This document shows, piece after piece, positions 50,096 through 60,814 of a stretch of DNA of 64,000 nt; the stretch's first letter is position 1, and the number at the start of each line of letters is the position of its first letter. The stretch is taken from the NCBI RefSeq assembly GCF_009914755.1, contig NC_060938.1; one strand, written 5' to 3'. The stretch is from the human T2T-CHM13v2.0 reference genome, Homo sapiens. The position numbers and the translations under genes were made by a program. Under the pieces are notes generated by a model, which saw only the letters and a list, made by a program, of their open reading frames with translations, had not been told where the DNA came from and did no database searches.

Positions 50096-50285
50096 CAGCA
50101 GCCTCATCCCGGGAAAGAGGGGCTGACGGACACCCAGACACACCCCACCACTACCACGAGCAAACCCACCCTGACACACACACGGATACACACGGGTGCA
50201 CGTGCGCAGACACACACACGGACACAGACACACCACACCCGGGCACACACACATGAACACATAAAGACACAGACACAGATAGCTT

Positions 50286-50742
50286 GAAGGGAGACCACCC
50301 CTCATATTGTTTTATGCCCAATTTCTGCCTCCAAAGAAAGAAGAAGTAAAATCTAAAAGGCAGAAATGAAATCCACGGGCAGACAGCCCTGCGCCACACC
50401 CTGGGCCTGGTAGTTAAAGATCGACCCCTGACCTACTCGGTTATGTTATCTATAGATTACAGACATTGTATAGAAAAGCACTGTGAAATTCCCTGACCCG
50501 TTTTGTTCTGATCTAATTACCTGTGCATGCAGCCCCCAGTCATGTACCCTCTGCTTCCTCAATCCATCACGACCCTCTCAAGCGGACCCCCTTAGAGTTG
50601 TAAGCCCTTAAGAGGGATAGGAATTGCTCATTCAGAGAGCTAGGTTTTTGGAGACGTGAGTCTGCCAATGCTCCCAGCTGAATAAAGCCCCTCCTTCTAC
50701 AACTCGGTGTCTGAGGGGTTCTGTGTACAGCTCCTCCTGCTA
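50286..50742 (+). mobile_element. Solo LTR2 (HERV-E/Harlequin class)
   Basis: ggagaccacccctcatattgttttatgcccaatttctgcctccaaag ... aataaa ... cctgcta. Absent at the homologous site of unit 1 (gacagcttgaaggagagcaaggg). Confidence 0.9.
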
Positions 50743-51726
50743 TGGAAGGAGAGCAAGGGAGAGAGCGATGGAGAAATAGAACCAGGAGAGAGAGAGACAG
50801 TGATAGAGAGAGAGAGACAGAGAAGGGGGGAAGAGAGAGCGCCACAGTAGAGCGCGAGGTGGAGGGGGAAGTAGAGAAAGGGAGAGGGTGAGGGAGTGGT
50901 AGAGTGACAGCAACAGAGCCTTGGAGAGGGAGGCTCTGCTCAGGTAGACAGGGCACCTTTCGGCAGGCCGGGGTGGGGTAGAGGGTGTTTGGGCCGGGCT
51001 AGAACAGGGGGTCAGGGCCCCCCACCCGGGAAAACCAACGGAGCCCTAAGACGTGTTTTATTTTCTTGAATTGGTTGGTTGCTTTGTGGGTGCATTTCAT
51101 AAGGTCCTCCCTTTGTTTGCTTCTTTCTGTCTCCTTGTTGCGTTGGGCCCCGAGATTTGTAGAGTGTGCTTGTTTGTCTGGAGGGAGCCGTGATGCCGAG
51201 CTTGTCCACGGGGCGAGGCCTGGGTCTCTCTCCTCTCCTCAGGACTGGAGTTCACACGAAGTCGGTGGCATTGAGAAACCGGGTGCACAGGGACGGATTT
51301 CCTCGTGGCTGGCGAAGACAATGTCCTTCCCCTGGGGAAAGCAGCCCACGGGTTCTGGAGCGGAGGTCTTGCCTGGGGTCTGTGGGACCCGCTGCCCTGC
51401 CCGCCCCTTCCCCTGGCTTGGACGGTTGCAGCGTCGCTGGATGAATTAATAGAATTGCCTTGGAGTCCGGGGAGCGTGAAGACACCCGGGACCTCAGGGA
51501 ACCCGCACCTGCACCCTCGGGGTCGGTCCCATCCTGCCCGGGTTGGAGCCGGGCTCCTGGTGGGGCTGCCGCGAGTCGGAAGAGGTGGGATGCTGCTGCA
51601 TGGCGGTGCTGCAGTGGCGGATCTTCAGGAGGAGGTCCTGGGCTTCGGCTGGGGCGCGGGGGCGGTCAAGGGGGCGTTTGGGAAGCACGGAGACAAAAGG
51701 GGGAAAGAGGGAGAGAGCGGGAAGCC

Positions 51727-51730
51727 AAAA
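51727..51730 (-). terminator. Pol III TTTT terminator of the 5S copy
   Basis: GGCTTTTGG on the minus strand. Confidence 0.75.
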
Positions 51731-51848
51731 GCCTATGGTACCGGCTATTACCAGGCGGAATCCCATCCAAGTACTAACCAGGACCGACCCTGCTTAGCTT
51801 CAACAGATCAGAGGTGAGCGGGAGCGTTCAGGGTGGTGTGGCCTAGAC
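51728..51848 (-). pseudogene. RNA5SP: 5S rRNA pseudogene or variant, full length, duplicated with native flanks
   Basis: Minus strand: GTCTAGGCCACACCACCCTGAACGCTCCCGCTCACCTCTGATCTGTTGAAGCTAAGCAGGGTCGGTCCTGGTTAGTACTTGGATGGGATTCCGCCTGGTAATAGCCGGTACCATAGGCTTT. Confidence 0.96.
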
Positions 51849-51868
51849 GCCAGCAGTGGCGCCTGGCT

Positions 51869-51880
51869 GCCCCAAGAGCC
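51869..51880 (-). promoter_or_regulatory. 5S D-box upstream promoter element
   Basis: GGCTCTTGGGGC at -32 to -21 from the 5S +1 (51848). Confidence 0.85.
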
Positions 51881-52233
51881 CGGCCCAGCAACGCCCACAC
51901 GACTCCAGGTGTCACCGCCACCCCGGGGCCGCGGGTCTCGGATCCGGGACCCGCAGAGGCGCTCGCCAGTGACCCCAGGCAGCTGTCTCCCTCTACACCC
52001 GAGCACCGCCGGCCTCCCAGAGCGTCCCGCCGTCACCGACGGCCAGACCTGGCGCAGGACGAATGTGGTGCTGCCCTGCTGTTGCTGGGGGGCGCTGGAG
52101 GCCTCCGTCCCCTGCCCAGGCTTCCGGCTCTCGGGGCGGCCTCCTTTCAGCCCACGCTCCGGTCCTTCCGCGAGCTCCCGAGCTCCGGAGCTTCCACCAC
52201 TTCTGCCGGCTCAGGACGGGTCGTGCTCATCCC

Positions 52234-54070
52234 TTAACTTTGTAACTTTTTGTTTTTTCTATTTATATTTTATTGTGCTATGTCTTGAAATGTTGTTGTA
52301 GTTATTACTTTTGATTGGATATTAGTGTTCCTACTTTGAATAAGAGTAGTTTGCACACCACACAGCTATAGTGTTATAATATTCTGTTTTGTTTTGTACC
52401 CTATTAGCAGTGAGGATTTTTTTTTTTTACCTTTAGGTGGTCATTCATTGCTCGTTAATGTCCTTTTCTTCCTGATTGAAGTACTCCCTTTAGCATTCCT
52501 TTAGGACAGGTATGGTATTCATAAAATACTTCAGCTTTTGTTTGTTGGAAAAAGTCAGTATTTCTTTTTATTTGAAGAAAATTTTCACTGTATATTCTAT
52601 TCTAAGATAAAAGTTTTTTTCCTTTAACACTTTAAATATTTATTGCTTCTCTCTCCTGGCCAGTAGAGTTTCCACTGTAAAGTCTGCTGCCAGACATGTT
52701 GGAGCTCCCCAGTATGTTATTTGTTCCTTTTCTCTTTCTTCATTTAGAACTTTTCTTATCTTTGCCTTTTGGAAGATCTATTGAATGCTTTGAAGTCGTC
52801 TTTTTTGGGTTAAATCTGCTTAATGTTCTATAACATTTTGTAGGTGGATATGGATATCTTTCTACAGGTTTGGAAAGTTCTGTGTTATTATCCCTTTGAA
52901 TAAATTTTTCTACCCCGCCTCTTTCTCTACATCTTCTTTAAAACCAATAACTCTTAGATCTGTCTTTGTGAGGTTATTTTCTAGATCCTCCCCTGCCTCT
53001 TTCTCTACATCTTCTTTAAAACAAATAACTCTTAGATCTGTCTTTGTGAGGCTATTTTCTAGATCCTGTCCGCATGTCTCTTCTATGTATTTTCAAAGAG
53101 CCTGTCTTCAAGCTCACTATTTCTTCTGCTTGATCCATTCTGCTATTACATGGCTTTAATGCATTCTTCAGCATGCCAATTGCATTTTTCAGCTCAGAAT
53201 TTCTGCTTTATTTGCTGTAACTATTTCAATCTCTTTGTTGAGTTTAACTGATAAAATTTGGAATTTCTTTACTTTGTTATCTTAAATTTCTTTCAGTTTT
53301 TTTTTTATATATACAGCTATTTTGAATTCTCTGTCTGAAACATCACATATCTCTTTTTCTCCAGGATTTGTCCCCACTGCCTTATTTAGTTCACTTGGTG
53401 AGGTCATGTTTTCCTGGATGGTGTTGATGCTAGTAGATGTGCTTCAGTGTCTGGACATTAAAATCTTGGGCATGCAGCACCATATGAGAGGTTTAAAAAA
53501 TAAAATTTAAAGAGAGAAAAGGTGAGTATTTATTGTAGCCTTCATTGTCTGGGCTTATTTGTAGCTGTCTTTCTTGGGAAGGCTTTTCACATATTTGAAA
53601 AGAGTTGGGTGTTGTGATCTAAGCCATATCTGCTTTATGGGGCACCTTATACCCAATAATGCTGTAATTCTTCCAGACTCAGAGAATACCACCCTGACAG
53701 CCTTCAACAAGATCCAGGAGAATTTTCTAGATTACTGGCCAGAAACTCTTTTTCCCTACCATTATTTTCTCTCAAAGATAAAGAGTCTTTCTCTCTGTTT
53801 TAAGCCACCTAAAGCTGGGAGAAGAAAGACACAAGCACCCCTGGCCACCACCACTATTATGCCCTGGATCAGACCTGAAGCTAGCACAGCACGGGTCTTG
53901 CTCAAGTCCTGCTGCATGCACTATCTGACGACTGCCTATGTTCACTCAAGGTCTTTGGTCTCTACAATTAGCAGGTGGCAAAGCCAGACAGGCCTGTGTT
54001 CTTTCCTTTAGGGCAGTGAGATCCCTCAGTCCCTGGCTGGGTCCAGAAGTGCCGTTCAGAAGTCAGGGCT
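52234..54070 (-). mobile_element. Old L1M (ORF1/5' region-like) with a 78-bp tandem duplication at 52913-53068
   Basis: Degenerate antisense L1 motifs (gtactccctttagcatt, aagtctgctgccagac); duplicated block seen directly. Confidence 0.65.
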
Positions 54071-56342
54071 TTGGCCACTTTTTAATAGGGTTTTTTGTTT
54101 TTCTCTTGTAAATTTAAGTTCCTTATATTGAATATTAGATCTTTGTCAGATACATAGTTTGTAAATATTTTTTCTCATTCTATATGTTGTGTGTTCACTC
54201 TCTTGATAATTTCTTTTGCTGAGCAGAAGCTTTTAAGTTTAATTAGATCCCACTTGTCAATAGTTGTATTTGTTGTTTTTGATGTCTTTATCATGAAATC
54301 TTTGCCTCTTTCTATGTCCAGGATGGTATTGTCTATGTTGTCTTCCAGGGCTTTTATAGTTTTGGGTTTTACATTTAAGTATTTAATCCATCTTGAGTGA
54401 TTTTTGCTTATGGTATAAGGAAGAAGTCCAACTTCAATCTTCTGCATATCGCTAGCCAGTTATCCCAGCACCATTTATTGAATAGGGAATCTTTTCCCCA
54501 TTGCTTGTTTTTGCCAGCTTTGTCAAAGATTAGATAGTTGTAGGTATGTGGTCTTACTTCTAATTTCTCTATTCCGTTCCACTGGTGGATGTGTCTGTTT
54601 TTGTACTAGTACCATGCTGTTTTGGTTACTATAGTGCTGTAGTATAGTTTGAAGTCAGGTAATGTGATGCCTCAAGCTTTGTTCTTTTTGCTTAGGATTT
54701 CCTTGGCTACTTAGGTTCTTTCTTGGTTCCATATGAATTTTTGAATAGCTTTTTTCTACTTCCATGAAGCATGTCATTGGTAGTTTAATAGGAATAGCCT
54801 TGGGCAGTACAACCATTTAAATGATATTAATTCTTTCTCTCCATTAACATGGAATGATTTTTCATTTGTTTATGTCTTCTCTGACTTCTTTGAGCAGTGT
54901 TTTGTAATTTTCATTGTAGAGATTTTTCACCTCCTTGGTTAGCTTTGTTCGTATGTACTTTATTCTATTCGTGGAAATTGTGAATAAAATTGCCTCTCTG
55001 ATTTGGCTCTTAGTTTGGCTTTTCTTGGTGTATAGGAATGCTAGCAAATTTTGTACATTGATTTTGTGTCCTGAAACTTTGTGGAAGTTGTTTATCGGCT
55101 TAAGGAGCTTTTGGGTCACAACTATAGGGTTTAGATAGAGAATTATGTTGTCTGCAAACAGAGGTAGTTGGACTTCTCTTTCTATTTAAATACCCTTCAT
55201 TTCTTTCTCTTGTCAAATTGCTCCAGAAAGGACTTCTAATACTATGTTGAATAGGAGTGGTGAGAGAGGGCATCCTTGTCTTGTGTGGGTTTCAAGGAGG
55301 ATGCTTCCAGATTTTGCCCATTTGGTATAATGTTGGCTGTGAGTTTGTCATAGGTGATCTTTATTATTTTGAGGCATGTTCCTTTGATACCTCATTTATT
55401 GAGAATTTTTAACATTAAGCTTTGTTGAATTTTACTGAAAGCCTTCTCTGAATCTATTGAGAGACAATCACGTGGTTCTTATCTTTAGTTTAATTTATGT
55501 TACAAATCACATTTTATTGATTTGCCCATGATGGACCAACCTTCTATTCCAGGGAAGAAGCTTACTTCACTATGGTGAGTTAGCCTTTTGATGTGTTGCT
55601 AGATTCAGTTTGCAAGTATTTTGTTGTGGATTATTGAATGGATGTTCATCAAGCATACTGGCCTGAAGTTTTCTTCTTTTCTTGTGTCACTGCCAGGCTT
55701 TGGTATCAGGATGATTCTGGCCTCATAGAACAAGTGGGGGAAGAGTCCCTCCTCCTCTATTTCTTGAAATAGTTTCAGTAGGACTGGTACTGGCTCTTCT
55801 TTGTACATCTGTTAAAATTTGTTAATCTATCAGGTCCTGGGTTTTTTTGGGGGGTGTTGATAGGCTATTTATTATGGATTCAATTTTTGGAGCTCATAAT
55901 TTGTCTGCTCAGAGACTGAATTTCTTCCTGGTTCAGTCTTGAGAGTATATGTGTTCAGGAATTTATATCTCTTCTAGTGTTTCTAGTTTGTGTGTATAGA
56001 GGTGCTTATAGTAGTTGCTGGTTGTTATTTTTATTTCTCTGGGGTCAGTGGTAACATTCCCTTCATCATTTCTAATTTTGTTTATTTGAATCTTCTCTCT
56101 TTTCTTCTTTATTAATCTAGCTAGTGCCCTATCTATCTTATTAATTTTTTCCAAAAACCTTGATTAAGTGATCTTTTGAACAGTTTTTCATGTCTCAATT
56201 TCCTTCAGTTCAGCTCTGATTTTAGTTATTTCTTGTCTTCTATAAGCTTTGTGGTTGAGTTCTTCTTGCTTCTCTAATTCTTTCAGTTGTGATGTTAGGT
56301 GGTTAATTTGAGATCTTTCTAACTTTTTGATATGGGCATTAC
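54071..56342 (-). mobile_element. Older primate L1 ORF2 fragment
   Basis: ORFs 54175, 54862, 55605 and 55963 all give ORF2 peptides. Confidence 0.9.
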
Positions 56343-57429
56343 TTCTTATGTCCTACTCTAACTTTTCTCCTTCTCCTAGAAAACTCAGAACTATGCTTTC
56401 TAAACCAATAGAAACTTTCTCACTGAATCAACCTAGTCCCCCTGAGGCAAAGTTAGCAATTTTCCATTACACACGGTTCTCTTTCTCTGTAAGAATATCT
56501 AATGCAACAATGCAAGTGTTTATTTCCCTCCTGGTAATGTGGGGAACTCCTTTTGGCTGAGACCAAGACATGAAACCTTGTTCTTTCAACATTAATGAAG
56601 ATCTATTTAGAAAGCCTCCATTTTTACAGAAAAGATATATAAACACCAATGAAAATAAATATGAAATTATATGACATACAATTATATTGTGGAAAGACTG
56701 AATAAATAAATGAACTAAGCTCTAAGAAAAATGATGATGATATAAAATGATATAGAAATAAAAACCTGGGCTGGTATAGCATAATTAATGTATCAGTAAA
56801 GTATGTACATTGTAGAAGTGGCAGGAAGACAGCATAGAGAGTGAGACCTGACCAAAAGCTTTAAGGAAAGTTCTATACCCTTAAACGAGATTAAAGTGGA
56901 CTCAGGAAAATATGGGCCACATGAGGGGAAGGACACATGTTCCAGATGGGCCAAAGCTCAGAGCATCTCTACCTTCTCCAGGAGGAAAGGGGCGGCAAAG
57001 CAGCAGGCAGAAGACAGCACGGCCAGGTCAGCACAGGGCACCCAGACCAAGCCAGGTGGGCTCCGTTGTACAGGTAGTGAGGAGCCACTGCCAGGTGGGC
57101 TTTATTCATTAGTTTGTTTTGTTTCCTTTAATAATGAAGACACATGATCAAAGTTGACCTTTGTAAATGTTGCTGCAGCTGAACAAAAAGATGGATAAAA
57201 CCAGTGTTTTAAAAATTATGTTGTGTACAGCACTAGCCTCAGTGAGACATTAGTAGAACACACAGGCACACACACGCACACACACTCACACTGAGCCCAG
57301 ATTATTCTGGCAAATGCTGGGTTAAGCAAATTAAAAGAAACATCTTTAGTGCTGGACTTCTCAGAACCTGGAATGTGGCTATATGACTCATAAAACGGCA
57401 AGGTTAAGACAGAGCATGTCATTTTTTCC

Positions 57430-57640
57430 CAGAAATGTTGAAACACTTTCCTTCCCTTGGCTTCAGTGTCACCTTCTTTCTCCTGGTTCTCCATCAACCT
57501 CTTTGGCTGCTCCTTCTTGATTTCCTTTTTGACAATCTGCTGCTGCTCAGCCATTCTCTTTTCATTCCCCATGGATTTCTCAAGTGTGTTTCTATTCCTG
57601 CATTTTAAACTTTCCTTGTTTTTCCTGACACCTCTCCTTG
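57430..57640. mobile_element. L2 relic
   Basis: aacactttccttcccttggcttc...tctcctggttctcc...acctctttggctgctccttct is a typical L2 segment. Confidence 0.6.
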
Positions 57641-58659
57641 TCTGACCCTCCCCGGTTCTAAGGCAGGTGTTCCATCCGTGTGCGCTTTTGGCATCCTGGG
57701 ATGCTCCCAGCATGTTCCCTGCCACACTCCATCAGGTTTTCTCAGCAGACTCCGTGAGGGTAGCAGCCTTGTCTCCACCGTTCCTTCAATGCTCAGCACA
57801 TAACACAGAAGCTGACTCCGTAACATTTAGTTGGCCAACTGAGACTAATTGTATGTTCCTCTAGATCTTAAAAAGTTACAGAAACATATCACAATAGACA
57901 AAAAAAAATCTTTACTCAGGAGTTCTCTATATATGTACAAGAGTTTGAAGTCATTATTAAAGCAAAGAGAAAGAGAAACTGTCACAGAATTCAATAAGAT
58001 AAATTATTTTGCTTTAATCTTCAATTCATCATGTGAGATAATCAAGACCATGTGTTACTGTAAATATTTCTAGCTTACAACACAATGACCTGATTTTTAT
58101 TGTTTGAAATAACTGCAATATAAATCATTTAATCAAAAATTGCATAAATAATCCTTTCAAATAAAATTCTGCCTAAATTTTACATTACTCATATGTTCAA
58201 ATGATAATGAACCCATAAGCTTTTCTAATACCTCAGTCAAAACATTGTACTGATTCCAGGTGTGGGAATCGTATCTGAAAGTTATTTTACAGATGGGGAA
58301 AAGGTACATACGTGACATTGGCCTTTGCACTACTGTGCCCTTTTGGGTCAGGAAAAAGCTGTTCCCTTAAAATCCTAAAAACTCTTCTGTCAGGTCTGAA
58401 GGGTGGGTGGGAAACCCAGTTTTACAAATTTTAGCCACAGATGTTTTATTCCTTGCTTAAAGCAGTGACTAGATAAAGGCCAGTAGAAGAGTCTCCAATG
58501 TTTCTTTAGAAGCGTGCGCCTGAGAACATCTTCCAGAAACACTCCCTTGTCTCTGCCCAAAATCACCTTTGGTAGGAAAATCACAGCTCAGCAGGCTGAG
58601 GAGATCCAAGGGGATCATTGAGCTCTGAGGCTTATGAGAGAAGAGAGAGAGGTCTAAGA

Positions 58660-59185
58660 CTTTTTTTGTATAAATTTATGGGTTCCAAGTGCAATTTTGC
58701 TGTAAGCATAGATGGTATAGTAGTGAAGTCAGGGCTTTTAGGTATCCATCACCAGAATAATGCACATTGTACCCATTAAGTAATTTCTCACTATTCACCC
58801 CTTCCATCCCCTCACCCTGCCGAGTCTCCATTATCATTCCACTCTCTACGTCAATATCTACACATCTTTTAGCACCCGCTTATGAGTGATAAAATACGAT
58901 GTTTACTCTGTGTCTGGCTTGCTTCACTTACAACAATGGCCTCCAGTTCCATCCATGTGTCTTCAAAAGTTATGATTCTATTGTTTTTTATGCCTGAATA
59001 GTATTTCATTGTGTATATTTTCTACATTTTCTTTCTCCAATCATTTGTTGATGGGCATTCAGTTTGATTTTATGTCTGTGCTACTGTGAATAGTGTTGCA
59101 ACAAATACAGGAGTACAGTTATCTTTCTGATAAATTGATTTCTTTTCCTTTGCATAAATACTCAGTGGTGGGATTGCTGAATCAG
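58660..59185 (-). mobile_element. L1MA 3' end
   Basis: aaatttatgggttccaagtgcaattttg...gaagtcagggcttttagg...cacattgtacccatt. Confidence 0.8.
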
Positions 59186-59779
59186 ACAGAGCCAATAGAT
59201 GATCAGTAATGGTGGCCAATCATCAGCTAGAAAAAAGTGCTTAGCAGGGATTGAAAACACCGAAACTATGAGACAACTGAGCTTCAAAAACTTCAACAGC
59301 CCTGAGTGAAAAGTCTAAACAAGTTTATCTAACATTCAAGGACGCTTTATTGTCTGTCCTTTGTGCATCTCAGTAGTCTCTTTTTACCACACTGTCTATA
59401 TACTGCATGAGCCATTTATATGAAACTATCTGTCACTCCAAGGCATCTTATACTATATATTCAACCTAGTATATATACTATATACTAGGGATACCCTATG
59501 TATCCCTAGTACCTAGCACAGTCCTGGCATATAGTTTGCTACTAAAAGTTTGCAGAATGAAGGAATTATCTTGTATCCAGGTTCCAAGTTTTAAGGTGAT
59601 TCTTCACTAAAAAAAAGTATTAGAGTTCACAAATAATCTATTTCCCTTTTTACAAATGGGATCGATTTTAATCTTATCCCCTAATAACATTACTTTCATT
59701 TACTCCCATCTAAATATACTGTCTTGAGAGCAATAAGAAAGAGAGTTGAAGCTGGAGTTTGAAGAATTGTACATGGTCC

Positions 59780-60304
59780 TGTGATACCCTACATGTTATA
59801 AACTGAGTGACTCTCTCCTAGCGGAGAGAGAGCTGGACAGACTCTATTTCAGTTTCTTCAAGTGTAGCCCCCTTTACCTCCCTCCCTTAAGGCCATAACT
59901 AGTGTAAATTGACTCAAAGCACGTCCAGGAATGCACTTACTGATAAGATATTTAGGCAAGCTGCACCAGCAGCTCCTGGGGACACACTCAGTGAATATCA
60001 CACAAAACCCCTGCATGTCTCTCTTTGTGATAGTTTAAGCCCCTGCGCCTGGAACTGTTTATTTGTTTTGTAACTGCTTTTGTAACCAATTAATTTTTTA
60101 ACTATTTGCCAGCTCTGCTTCTGTAAAAATTGTTTCGATAAACTCTCCCCTCAACTATTTAGACCACGGAATAAAAAAAAACAGTCCCTTCCTCGGGGCC
60201 AAAAGAATTTTGAGTGTTAGCTGCCTCACGGTCGCTGGCTAATAAAGGACTCCTTAATTTTTCTCAAAGAGTGGCGTTCCTCTATAACTCGCTTGGTTAC
60301 AACA
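59780..60304 (+). mobile_element. Solo LTR6B-like (ERV1, HERVS71 class)
   Basis: TGTGATACCCTAC ... aataaaggactcc ... TACAACA; 4-bp TSD GTCC. Confidence 0.82.
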
Positions 60305-60814
60305 GTCCACACTGTGGCCTGAGGTGCATCGCGCACCTGAGCTTCATCTGTTAGGTATGTCAGGGAAGATAAGCAGGGTGAGAGTGGCCTCATCAGAGGA
60401 CCCCAGATCTCTGGCTTCCCCATCTGGCAAGTGCACCTCTGTGAACAAAGACTTCAGAGCCAGATGACAAGAACAGCCCAAGCAGTCCACCACGGAAACC
60501 TGGGCCCAGTGTACATCAATGCAGAGCATCAAGCATGGTGTAACAGGTGCACAGTTGCCTATTCCTGTTCAGAGATGACTGCATCCCACACACTGTAAAA
60601 TGAGGAAATGCAGAGAAGCAGATGTAACTGAAGAAGACAGCAGGAGCAACAAGGAGGGACAACCACGACCTAGGAAGGCACGATGCCAGAGACGCCTGAA
60701 CCCCACGCTAGGCTCAGTGCCTGTTATACTCTTGGGACCCAGGACTTTCCCTCTCCATCACAATGCATACTTGATATTTTTTGTTGTTTAAAATATTGTC
60801 CTTAGTTTTCACCT

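Larger units (their letters stand above)
50096..52233 (-). repeat. 5S rDNA repeat unit 2 (contains LTR2 and a full-length 5S copy)
   Basis: Same spacer blocks as unit 1; CpG-rich around the 5S sequence. Confidence 0.88.

Noticed and set aside
49148-50256. 269-aa and 271-aa ORFs
   Set aside because: GC-rich 5S spacer, open in several frames on both strands, with no recognisable domain.
57216-57725. 169-aa Lys/Glu-rich ORF
   Set aside because: Derived from purine-rich L2 sequence and a CA repeat.
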